Shown here: positions 36,643-50,148 of the stretch, piece after piece
How the letters are laid out: the number at the start of each line of letters is the position of its first letter
Numbering within the stretch: position 1 is the stretch's first letter
Assembly: GCF_006345805.1 (NCBI RefSeq)
Contig: NC_043007.1
Span: 52,576,001-52,640,000, forward strand
Direction: 5' to 3'
Origin: Octopus sinensis
Taxonomy: Eukaryota
DNA length: 64,000 nucleotides
The notes under the pieces: generated by a model
What the model saw: only the letters and a program-made list of their open reading frames with translations
Told to the model about the DNA's origin: nothing
Databases searched by the model: none
Translations under genes and position numbers: made by a program

Positions 36643-37368
36643 TATATATATATATATATATAATATATATATATATATGAAGGCTTTGAATGACCCGTCT
36701 GTCTCTTATGTTCGTCCCTTTGTGTATTTCACGTTATTTATATATGTAAAGGTTTATTATATATATATGTATATATGTATATATATATATTTCTTTTTCA
36801 TTTAGAGTTAGTAGGCCACTTCATCTCACCATATAAAAAAGAATTTTTATTTTAAATACCTACTATTTTATAAGTTGGCTACACGTGTTTCATGAGGTAA
36901 ATTTGTAAATTTGTAAATTTTTAAAAGTTATCATTCATATCACTTGTAAATTTTGCAGTTTGTAATTAGTACTATAGCTTTTATTCGAAAATCTTTCTTC
37001 GTCATTACCTCCATGTTTATTAGTATTTATTTTTCTTGCCATTCCATTTATTTTTATTCATATATATTTTTTGCCATTCCTTTCATTTTATATCATTTTA
37101 TATTATCACAAGTATATATTTTATTTTTAACCCTATATATTACTAACATGGATTTTGTAAATTTTTCGTATTTTTTCACATTTTTATTTATTTTATTTTT
37201 GTAATTTTCATATTTGTAATTTTTTTTATTTGAATTTTTATCTGAATTATGGCTTGTACTGTAGGATCCAGCGAACCTAATTTACACGTACCTATTTTAC
37301 ACATACTCATGGGTTTAAAAAAATTAAAATATAGTTTATAGTATTGAACGATGATAAAGTGATATAAG

Positions 37369-37443
37369 GGCCTGATGATTGGGGTTACATTTTAAGGAGC
37401 GGTTTAGGAACCGGGAAATGTACCTCATGAAACACATGTAGCC
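37369..37443 (+). ncRNA. Minimal type I hammerhead in a PLE-type repeat (its 3' half recurs inverted at ~36870-36900)
   Basis: ggc CTGATGA ttggggttacattt...aaatgtacctcat GAAA cacatg TA gcc: extended stem II and GUA site. Confidence 0.6.
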
Positions 37444-37591
37444 AAGTTATAAAATAGTACGTATTTAAAATAAAAATTCTTTTTTAAATGGTGAGATGAA
37501 GGGGCCTACTATCTCTAAATGAAAATATATATTTCTTCATTGAGAATAATTTGAACTCCTGTTATGCTGGAATTTTTATCCCCTAACAAAT

Positions 37592-37640
<49 letters not shown>

Positions 37641-37815
37641 TACATATACATATGCATATATACATATATATATACCAATATATATATGTGTAGATATATA
37701 TATATGCATATATATATATATATATATAATATATATATATATACACATATATACATATACATATGCATATATACATATATATATACCAATATATATATGT
37801 GTAGATATATATATA

Positions 37816-37848
<33 letters not shown>

Positions 37849-37851
<3 letters not shown>

Positions 37852-39496
37852 GGTCCCGGGTTGATTCGGGGTTAACCACAGTAAATAAGGTACTCAATAC
37901 ATAGCGGAGTAAAATTAATTTATTATATAGAAGGAGCTTCTACAGGACTAGAACTGTTTCATTCAAGAGAAATCTTCAGGAAGCTAGTTAACAAGAATTG
38001 TATTGGCATTTATACATTTAGGCAGGTTTAACAGGGTGTTGGTGGGGGACTTTTTTGGGGGTAGGCATAGCGCAAAATATCATACTTGGGGGAGTGGTCA
38101 AGGAGTCAGTGTTAAATTAGATAGAAGAATAAATAAATAAAAAAAATAATAATAAAAAAATAAAAAAAATAAAAAATAAAAAAATATATAAATAAAATAA
38201 AAAATAAAAAAATAAAAAAACCTATATACAAAAAAACCTATATATAAAAAAAACCTATATATAAAAAAAAGGGGGAATAGAGTTTTAGGTAAATAAGGAG
38301 ATTCTCACTTATACCTATGCACACATGTAAAAAAGACTCCGCCGGTTACGACGACGAGGGTCCCAGCTGATACGATCAACGGAACAGCTTGCTCGTGAAA
38401 TTAACGTGCAAATGGCTGAGCATTCCGCAGACACGTGTACCCTTAACGTAGTTCTCGGGGATAATCAGCGTGACACAGAGAGTGACAAGGCTGACCCTTT
38501 GAAATACAAGTACAACTCATTTTTGCCAGCTGAGTGGACTGGAGCAACGTGAAATAAAGTGTCTTGCTCAAGGACACAACGCGTCGCCGGGAATCGAACT
38601 CACAACCTTACGATCATGAGCCGAATGCCCTAACCACTAAGCCACGCGCCCTCACTGCACACATGTATACATACATACACACACATACAAACATATATAC
38701 ATATACATACACACATACATACACACACATATATATACATATATATACACTTACACATACACATACACATACATATATACACATACACACATATATACAC
38801 ACATATACACACACACACATACACATACACACATATATATATACACATACACACATATATATATACACATACACATACACACACATATACACACACACAC
38901 ATATATATACATACATACATACACATACACACACACACATACACATACACATACACACACATATCCACACCACACACATGCACACACAGCACACTAGTCC
39001 TTATATACACATATATACACATACACACACATATACACACACATACATACATATACATACATGTATATATATACATATGTGTACCTATGCAAACCTACAC
39101 ATACACACATATATATATACACATACAAATACAGTCCCATTCCCTAATTTTAATTTTATTATCTTCGTTTATTACTTTTGTTATCTTTGGCCGCTTGGTC
39201 ACAAACATCTTGGCTATGACAGCCAGTCCATTTATCTGTCTACTGGAAAACAAGCACTCATTTACTCACGCACACTCTTTAGCATGTACTCTCACTCATT
39301 CATACACTCATACACATACACGCACGCACGCGTTATATTCATACATACATCCATCTACATACATTCACGTATATACACATACGTACGCGTACCTACAGAT
39401 TTATGTCTACACTCTTAGAAGGCTAGTCTATATATATACACCAATAAATATAAATACACACACATACATATACACCTACATACAAATACATACATG

Positions 39497-39550
<54 letters not shown>

Positions 39551-39923
39551 CACACATATATACACACATATACACACACACATATATACACACACATACG
39601 CATACACACACATATACATATATATACACTACACGCACATACACATGTACATGCGTACCCATACACACACACACACACGCGCGCATCCATATATACACAT
39701 AAGTACACACATGCGTAAAAGTATACATATATCTATGCTTACACATACACACACACACGCCTCCTTATATTCATACTTACATGCATACTCAAAAAATAAG
39801 TAAATATTAAAATATATATACGCGCAGTTATTCATACATGCATACTCAAAAAATAAATAATAAATATTAAGTATATGTACGTGCAGTTACCTATTATATA
39901 GACGGATACATACATATAAACTT

Positions 39924-39955
<32 letters not shown>

Positions 39956-39968
39956 TATATATAATATA

Positions 39969-40011
<43 letters not shown>

Positions 40012-40297
40012 CATACATATATACACATACACATACACATACATATATACATACATATATATATACACACACACACATACACATACATATATACATATAT
40101 ATACATACACACACATGTACATATAATACATACATAGATAACTCTACGTACCTACATATGCATAAACACACGAGCGTACGCGCATATGTACATATACACA
40201 TACACATACACACGCATATATATACATACATACATACACATACACACATGTATACACACACACGCATATACATATATATATATATATATACATACAT

Positions 40298-40344
<47 letters not shown>

Positions 40345-40739
40345 CATATACACATATATATACATACATATACATACACACATATACACATATATATATA
40401 CACACACACACATACATACACACATACATACACATATTCATACATATACACACACACATACACATATACACATACATATACACATACACACACATATATA
40501 CATGTGTGCAAACATACATACATTCTCATACAAGCAAACACACTTACATTTACATATATACACACACTTACACACATATATACATACACATATACATACA
40601 TACATACGTATATGCATACATACACACACACACACATACATATATATATACATACATACACATACACATACCCATACATATATATACACACATACACATA
40701 TACACATGCACATACTTATATCTCTACATACTCGCATAT

Positions 40740-40780
<41 letters not shown>

Positions 40781-41284
40781 CATATACTCACACATACATA
40801 TACCCATATACATGTATATATACACACACACCCATATATACACATCTACAATTTGTATCTACACTCACATACCTGCACATACACATAACTCTACATACCT
40901 ACATATACATCGACATACTCGCGTACACTCATATATATACACATATATACATATACACACACACCTACATATACATATACATATACATACATATACATAA
41001 ACATACACATACATAATACACATATATGTATGTGTGTGTATATGTGTATTATGTATGTGTATGTTTATGTATATGTATGTATATGTATATGTATATGTAT
41101 GTGTGTGTGTATATGTATATATGTGTATATATATGAGTGTACGCGAGTATGTCGATGTATATGTAGGTATGTAGAGTTATGTGTATGTGCAGGTATGTGA
41201 GTGTAGATACAAATTGTAGATGTGTATATATGGGTGTGTGTGTATATATACATGTATATGGGTATATGTATGTGTAAGTATATG

Positions 41285-41329
<45 letters not shown>

Positions 41330-41422
41330 ATATGCGAGTATGTAGAGATATAAGTATGTGCATGTGTATATGTGTATGTGTGTATATATATGTATGGGTT
41401 TGTGTATGTGTATGTATGTATG

Positions 41423-41453
<31 letters not shown>

Positions 41454-41736
41454 GTATGTATGCATATACGTATGTATGTATGTATGTATGTATGTATATG
41501 TGTATGTATATATGTGTGTAAGTGTGTGTATATATGTAAATGTAAGTGTGTCTGCTTGTATGAGAATGTATGTATGTTTGCACACATGTATATATGTGTG
41601 TGTATGTGTATATGTATGTGTATGTGTGTGTATATGTATGAATATGTGTATGTATGTGTGTATGTATGTGTGTGTGTGTGTGTATATATATGTGTATATG
41701 TGTGTATGTATATGTATGTATATATATGTGTATATG

Positions 41737-41779
<43 letters not shown>

Positions 41780-42481
41780 ATGTATGTATATATATATATA
41801 TATGTATATGCGTGTGTGTGTATACATGTGTGTATGTGTATGTATGTATGTATATATATGCGTGTGTATGTGTATGTGTATATGTACATATGCGCGTACG
41901 CTCGTGTGTTTATGCATATGTAGGTACGTAGAGTTATCTATGTATGTATTTATATGTACATGTGTGTGAGTATGTATATATATGTATATATGTATGTGTA
42001 TGTGTGTGTGTGTATATATATATGTATGTATATATGTATGTGTATGTGTATGTGTATATATGTATGTATATGTATATATTATATATATATATGTGTGTAA
42101 GTTTATATGTATGTATCCGTCTATATAATAGGTAACTGCACGTACATATACTTAATATTTATTATTTATTTTTTGAGTATGCATGTATGAATAACTGCGC
42201 GTATATATATTTTAATATTTACTTATTTTTTGAGTATGCATGTAAGTATGAATATAAGGAGGCGCGTGTGTGTGTGTGTATGCGTAAGCATAGATATATG
42301 TATACTTTTACGCATGTGTGTACTTATGTGTATATATGGATGCGCGCGTGTGTGTGTGTGTGTGTATGGGTACGCATGTACATGTGTATGTGCGTGTAGT
42401 GTATATATATGTATATGTGTGTGTATGCGTATGTGTGTGTATATATGTGTGTGTGTATATGTGTGTATATATGTGTGTGAA

Positions 42482-42527
<46 letters not shown>

Positions 42528-43729
42528 TGTATGTATTTGTATGTAGGTGTATATGTATGTGTGTGTATTTATATTTATTGGTGTATATATATAGACTAGC
42601 CTTCTAAGAGTGTAGACATAAATCTGTAGGTACGAGTACGTATGTGTATATACGTGAATGTATGTAGATGGATGTATGTATGAATATAACGCGTGCGTGC
42701 GTGTATGTGTATGAGTGTATGAATGAGTGAGAGTACATGCTAAAGAGTGTGCGTGAGTAAATGAGTGCTTGTTTTCCAGTAGACAGATAAATGGACTGGC
42801 TGTCATAGCCAAGATGTTTGTGACCAAGCGGCCAAGATAACAAAAGTAATAAACGAAGATAATAAAATTAAAATTAGGGAATGGGTCTGTATTTGTATGT
42901 GTATATATATGTGTGTATGTGTAGGTTTGCATAGGTACACATATGTATATATGTACATGTATGTATATGTATGTATGTGTGTGTATATGTGTGTGTATGT
43001 GTATATATGTGTATATAGGGACTAGTGTGCTGTGTGTGCATGTGTGTGTGTGGATATGTGTGTGTATGCGTGTATGTGAGTATGTGTGTGTATGTGTATA
43101 TATATTTTTCTGTGCGTATATGTATGTGAGGTCGTGTGTGTATATATACATGTGTGTATATATACATGTGTGTATACGTGTATGCATGTGAGTGTGTGTA
43201 TGTATACATATATGTGTATGTGTAGATATGTATATGTATGTGTATGTGTAAGTGTATATATATGTATATATATGTGTGTGTGTATGTATGTGTGTATGTA
43301 TATGTATATATGTTTGTATGTGTGTGTATGTATGTATACATGTGTGCATAGGTATAAGTGAGAATCTCCTTATTTACCTAAAACTCTATTCCCCCTTTTT
43401 TTTATATATAGGTTTTTTTTATATATAGGTTTTTTTATATATAGGTTTTTTATTTTTTTATTTTTTATTTTATTTATATATTTTTTTTTATTTTATTTAT
43501 TTTTTTTTTAAATTTATTTTTTTATTTATTTATTCTTCTATCTAATTTAACACTGACTCCTTGACCACTCCCCCAAGTATGATATTTTGCGCTATGCCTA
43601 CCCCCAAAAAAGTCCCCCACCAACACCCTGTTAAACCTGCCTAAATGTATAAATGCCAATACAATTCTTGTTAACTAGCTTCCTGAAGATTTCTCTTGAA
43701 TGAAACAGTTCTAGTCCTGTAGAAGCTCC

Positions 43730-43735
<6 letters not shown>
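37849..43735. repeat. ~5.9-kb palindrome (foldback element copy 2) with a 12-nt spacer at 41027-41038
   Basis: Left arm 37849-41026 and right arm 41039-43735 are reverse complements. Hammerheads at 37935-37985 (-) and 43677-43727 (+). Confidence 0.9.
38330..38655 (-). mobile_element. tRNA-derived CORE-type SINE with 12-bp TSD, in the left palindrome arm only
   Basis: TSD tgcacacatgta at 38318-38329 and 38656-38667. Empty sites at ~14030 and ~43340. Confidence 0.92.
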
Positions 43736-43795
<60 letters not shown>

Positions 43796-44299
43796 ATATA
43801 TAACAAATTAAAAACAGAAGATGGAATATATGAGAATATATTATTAATCACAACAATTGTTCTGACACATCTAGCATCGACTCTTCTTGTGGGACACAAA
43901 AAACTGGTTCAGGAGTTTCCAATGGTACAGATGTGATAAATAAATGCAAAAAACTCGTTAAAATGAGTTACATAATTCAACTTTGTGTTAATCTTGCTGG
44001 ATTAAGTGTTTGTTTCTCTTTTTGTCTTCTGCAATTTTATTTTGAATCTTCTAAATATACTGATAGGGCACATACAGTGTGTCAATAGCCAGTTGAAGGA
44101 GGTGTCCTCTTGGGACTACAAGCTACAGTAGCATCCACCCTTAGGGGTTAGCCACATTTAAGTGGAAAATATAGTTTACGATGTCGTGCAGCTACTGTTT
44201 AAACCTCGCACAGAGATTTATTATTGTATATATATATATAATTGGTAAAAATTGTAAGATAACAAAACAAAGAAAGAGACCTCAATATTATGTAAATAG

Positions 44300-44680
44300 A
44301 GGAAATTTATCTGTAAAATATATGACAATTATTCAATAGCCAAGATAAAACTTTTGGATACCGAGGTAGAAATCCACAACACCATCTCTTCGGTGTACGT
44401 TTTCATAGTGATGTATACGTACGCATGTGTATGCATGCTTACGTGTTTACTATGAACTTTTAACCTTATTTTAACTAGCGGTCATTGGATTAGCACTTTT
44501 ATATAAGTAGCGGAATTATAACACAGCAATTTCCCTTTGTATAATGGTCTTTTTTCATAGCGTTTATCAGATGGCCAGATAACTGAAGAGATGGTGTTGT
44601 GGATTTCCGCCTCGTCATCCAAAACTCAAAGTTTTATCTTGGCTATTGAATAATTGTCACATATTATTTTACAGATATAT
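44300..44680. repeat. ~90-bp inverted repeat with ~190-bp spacer, PLE tail type, containing a degenerate hammerhead
   Basis: 44300-44392 versus 44583-44680. agataa CTGAAGA gatg...catc CAAAA ctcaaag TT ttatct, with G12 lost. Confidence 0.7.
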
Positions 44681-44774
44681 AAATATATATATATATATAT
44701 ATGTATGTATACATGTATATGTATAGATATGTATATATACATATATATGTATACATATATGTATATATATACAC

Positions 44775-44805
<31 letters not shown>

Positions 44806-45191
44806 TTTTTATATATGTATATATATGTATATTTATAAGTACAAAGTGAGATAGGGGTTATGAGTGTAACCCACTATGGGATATCATTTATCCAATATAC
44901 TGCCAGTGAAGTACCCAAAAGGCTAATACATAAATGTTTACAATTGCAATGCAATTAGTTCATTTATTGTATTATATGGGCGAATATAAAATGTTTTACC
45001 TCAAATTCATAATACAAAATAAGAAAATGGAGGAATAGATTCCTTACAATCATCAACTTACAGATAATACCAATTCATATAATTTATTAACTAATTAAAT
45101 AGGAACATCCAAATCCAACAGAGTAAAACAGAATAAAACACTATACACCAATAAGTAAGATAATACCATAAAAATAATACATATAAAATGG

Positions 45192-45319
45192 ATCTTACAG
45201 CTGTTTCAGCCTGTAGATAAGGGTATCTCATTATGCCTATATTAGTCAGATGTATTGAGGTAATATGCAGTTAAAAATGAGTTACTTATATATATATATC
45301 TCAAGGCCTCGTCAGAGAT
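45192..45319 (-). ncRNA. Type I hammerhead with intact core and a long stem II insertion
   Basis: Minus strand: atct CTGACGA ggcct...(~90 nt)...aggct GAAA cagctg TA agat; palindromic stem III acagctgt. Confidence 0.65.
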
Positions 45320-45399
45320 TATAAAGTACAATTATGAAGATATAAAATGCAAATATAAATATGAAACAAAGTACACATACACAAGAATATATATATATA

Positions 45400-46161
45400 T
45401 ATAAAATGAGATAGGGGTTGTAAATTCAACCCTCCATGGGATAACATATATCCAATATACTGCTAGAGAAGTACCCAACAAAGCTAATACATAAATGTTA
45501 AGAATTGCGATGCAATTAATTCATTTACTGTATTAGGTGGGCAAAGGTAAAATTATTTTTACCATAAATTAATAATACAAAATGAGAAAATGGAGAAATA
45601 TATCTAAATCATTCATCAACTATCAGATAATACTGAATCATATACTTTATTAAAACACTACACAAGAGCATTAAGATTAGATTAGCTCTTTACCTTTGCC
45701 CACCTAATACAGTAAATGAATTAATTGCATCGCAATTCTTAACATTTATGTATTAGCTTTGTTGGGTACTTCTCTAGCAGTATATTGGATATATGTTATC
45801 CCATGGAGGGTTGAATTTACAACCCCTATCTCATTTTATAACTAAAGTTAACCTTTTGAGGAATCGGAATTGCTCATACTTGTGTACTCGAAACATCCAC
45901 TCATTAATCTAAGTATTGATAGTGTATGTGAATGCACCCTAGTATAGTACATTTGTTCCTCCGGGATCATTACTGCTAGTAAAATGGAGAAAATACTAAT
46001 TAATTCATCAATGAAGGATGTACCCATCCCTACTAAAGACCATTACACTAAAGAGCTAATCTAATCTTAATGCTCTTGTGTAGTGTTTTAATAAAGTATA
46101 TGATTCGGTATTATCTGATAGTTGATGAATGATTTAGATATATTTCTCCATTTTCTCATTT

Positions 46162-46165
<4 letters not shown>
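45400..46165. repeat. Inverted, circularly permuted duplication of a ~500-bp unit (older paralog at 44845-45090)
   Basis: A (45400-45551) and B (45576-45690) on +; B, C and A in order on - from 46165 down to 45690. Confidence 0.8.
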
Positions 46166-46209
<44 letters not shown>

Positions 46210-46929
46210 CATAAGTGTATATACACATGCATATACATACATAAGTGTATATACACATGCATATACATATATAAGTATATACATAATAATATACATACAC
46301 ATAAGTTTACAGTTAATCAAATATATATACTGGAGTATACATATATATCCACATCAAAGGGTACATATACAAAGTCCAAAGTTCATTGCATTACATTACC
46401 AAAACTATTATTATTATTATTAATAATAATAATAATACCAATAATGGAATATGTGCATTCTGCTATTCATAATACATAGTAGATGGAAAATACCACATAA
46501 AACATACTATAATATAATACAGTGTAACACAACATAATATGATATAATATATTGTATTGCATATTACATATACAGTATAGTATAACATAATATATAGACA
46601 GATGCCTATGGGAGATGCCATTAAATTAATTCAATAAATAATGCAATACAATATACAATGTCATTATATTCATATATCATACAGCGAAAATCGAAACTTT
46701 AGTCCAAATCTGCATTCATATATCTACACATAGGTACCAAATACATGCACATGCCTATACATACCTGCGCAAAAACATCCATTAATACATATACATATAT
46801 AAAGAGATTTTATCCTTTTACATCATACAAAAGATATATGCATGTACATACATAGAGTTCACAGATAAAAAGGTAAGTGATAGGTCGTAACGGGCTAGTT
46901 TCAGCTAGGTTGATCCTAAGGCCCTTTGA

Positions 46930-48365
46930 TCATAATCCTTGTTTCCACATCTGAAACTTCTCCTCTAGTTCTGATAGTGAGTCAGCAATTAGAGCAAGGT
47001 CGTCAGCATAGAGGAGCTCCGATGGGCATCCTGTCTTGAATTCCTCTGTTATTGCCCAGAGGGCTATGATAAATAGGAAGAGGCTAAGGACTGAATCTTG
47101 GTGGACCCCTACCGCCACCCGGAATTCTTCACTGTACTCGTTGCCAACACTCACCTTACTGACAGCGTCCCTGTACATGGCTTGCACAGCTCTCACTAAC
47201 CATTCATCTATCCCTAGTTTCCTCATTGACCACCAGATAAGGCATCGGAGGACCCTGTCGAAGGCTTTCTCCATGTCAACGAAAGCCAGGTACAGAGGTT
47301 TATCTTTGGCTAGGTATTTCTCCTGCAACTGTCTTACTAGAAATATAGCATCAGTGGTGCTTTTCCCTGGCAAGAACCCAAACTGCATCTCATCTAAACT
47401 GACTCCCTCCCTAATTAGTTGGGCTATGACCCTCTCCATGACCTTCATTACCTCATCCAACAACCTGATACCTCTGTAATTATTTGTATGTAAAGCGTCA
47501 CCTTTACCTTTGTAGCAGTTGACTATAGTGATGCTACACCAGTCATTGGGTATGACTCCTTCGTGTATCACCTGGTTAACTAAGCAGGTGACTAGGCTAT
47601 AGCTGACACTGCCAGATATTTTAAGCATCTCTGCAGTGATTCCTGATGGGCTGGGAGCTTTCCCTGTCTTCATACTCTTAATTGCTTTATCTACCAAGGT
47701 ACTGTCAACTCGGATCGCTGGTCCTTCTGTTGGGTCAACATTCAGCAGACTATCTTTCTCCCATTCATTTTCTTTATTGAGCAACCTTTCATAGTAGTGT
47801 CTCCAAACCACTCTCTTTGCAGCCTCGTTTAATGCAAGTGAAGCATCATCCATGCAGACATATTTCTCTCCTACAACATCACGATTCTCTCTCACACACT
47901 GTCTTGCAACACAAAATACCTCAATTCTTTGGTCCTCACGGTGCAGAACATTGGCAAATATTTTCTTATCTGCTTCCCTTCTGGCTAAATAAACCTGTCT
48001 CCTAGCTTCCCTTCTGGCAGCCTGATACAATTCCCTGCTAGCACCGTTCTTCCAGTCCCTCCAAGCCTGTTTCTTTTTTCTAATAGCCCTGTCAACAACA
48101 TTGTTCCACCACCACGTTATTTTGGGTCGAGAGGGGACTTTGCACCAACCACAGATCTGGTCAGTGGCCCTTGTCAGGTTGTCCCATAGGAACCTCCAGT
48201 TGTCTTCCACATCGTGTTAAGCTATATCCCCTTCTATTTCGTAAAAGGCTTCGAGTAATATGTCTCTAAATCTCTGTCCAATCGCAGGATCTTTAAGCTT
48301 CCAGACCCTTCTCCTCCATGCTGGTCGTCCACTTAGCCCTGATCCTGAAGTCACTAACTACCATT
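46930..48365 (-). mobile_element. Internal RTE LINE fragment with 426-aa open RT segment
   Basis: ORF 46930-48210: NYRGIRLLDEVMK, QFGFLPGKST, MEKAFDRV, VHQDSVLS, LLYADDL. Truncated at both ends. Confidence 0.93.
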
Positions 48366-48369
48366 CTAT

Positions 48370-50148
48370 GTTGTGGGTGTAAGATATATGTTAGAGGTGA
48401 TGTAACCTTCTAAGGGATAGATGTATCCATTGGCGCTTCTGGTATTTTTTGTAAGGTATACGGTAGTAGGTAATTTAAAGGTAAAACCATGGTTTAATAT
48501 ATAGAGAGACGATAACAAATGGAGCAATTTACAGTGAGAAGTGGATCATCGGTTATTATTTAATTATGATAAGAGTATATTTACAGTTGTTTGTGTATAT
48601 TAAGCTGGGGTAAATTTTTATTTACTTCGTAACAGTTGATAGACATCTTCAGAACGGTTGTATGGCAAAAGATAAATATAAGGAAAATAGAAAGAATATA
48701 TAAGGAAAGGAAAAAGGAAAAGTGTTCATTAATTCAATAGTCTTACATTTTAGTAACTTCCATAATTCATTGTATCAATTGGAGGATAGAAGAGAAGAGA
48801 GTTTGTTAAATCCATGGTCTTATAATTAGTTAGTTTCATAATTGCACATGTCCGTAGGTTCTATCATCCAGTGCCCATGGATAGTTGACTGCCGGTGTAA
48901 GCCAAGGGAGTTATAGCTATTGGGGATATCCGTTGTAGTTATTCGGATATATGTGACGCTAATTTATAACTTATAAGTTAATTCATGTAGTTTCAAAGGA
49001 AGCCTTAGTATAGGGCTAATGTTATTATTTAAAGTATGTACGATACTGTGTGTACAATGGGCTAAGTAAAGGAATAATAGTAAAGGTTGAAGAGTGCATA
49101 GAAAAACAATAAGATTTATTTTGTGTATAACAAACTACAGTTGAGTAGTACTAAGTGGTACATGGGAAGGTTAAAGGGAGGAAATAAGAGCTTAAGCAGG
49201 TTCGCTAATAATCTGTAAAATAGGGATTAGCGATAATTAAAGGATCAATAAGTTTAGCGATATTTTGAGAATATGAATTGGCCTTTATGTAAACAAATAA
49301 ATTTTTTTCTCGTGTCTTTTATTAAGTAGATGGGATTTGGCCATTAAGATACAAAATTTCTCATTTACACAGAGATCACAGCGATTATTGTTAATGTTAT
49401 ATGAGGAAGTTTTGGCTAGGATGCACCATTCTAAGCTATAGTTAATATTTTTGTCTTTCAATTCCCAAATGTAACTACTAAGTCCAGTAGAGTTCACTTT
49501 ACTTCTATTTCTGAAACTACATCTGTGGGAATTGTATCTAAATATCATTTCGTTTTTAGTTGCTCCTATATAAGATTTCTTGTAATTATTTGTGAGTACA
49601 TTGCATTGATAGATTACGTTTTTAGTTTTACAAATATCAGAGAATTTACAATCGTTTTTATCCCTATAGCCACATAAATTATTAAGCTTATCAGAGTGTA
49701 TGTTGTGTTGAAGGGGTTATTATTTATAAAGTAGTTGTCTGCGTTATTTGAAGGCGAGTTATTGGGGATGACGTTTCAAATGGTTGCTATGATTTATGTT
49801 GTTATTTTTCCTAGTTCCATAGAAGGCATCTAGCTTTTTATTGTTGATCGAGGCTATGATAGTAGCTAGGTTGTTAGTTAAGCTATGACCTACTCTAACT
49901 TTATTCCTAAAGATTTCTGAGTATTTGTTATTTAGGTTCAGGTGCTTATTGTAGAATGAACTATGTTTGTTTTAAGTTGCATCGCGAAAAGGATTATTAA
50001 CCAGATATTATCCTTATTTCGTTTGTTTCTAATATTATTTTTGGCGTAAAGTTAAGGCTATGATTGTTATTCTTTTTTCTATAGTTATTTTTTTATAATT
50101 ACTATCAGTTTTATTGTGATTATTCCTGTACGGTTTATTATCATCTCT
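48370..50148 (-). mobile_element. 5'-truncated Penelope element (GIY-YIG plus long tail)
   Basis: FRYNSHRCSF...STGLSSYIWELKDKNINYSLEWCILAKTSSYN...RCDLCVNEKFCIL (49285-49548); upstream IKVRVGHSLTNNLATIIASINNKKL linker. Confidence 0.85.

Noticed and set aside
43850-44090. ~75-codon stop-free plus-strand frame (NNCSDTSSIDSSCGTQKTG...)
   Set aside because: No ATG or clear acceptor/donor and no motif; within chance expectation.
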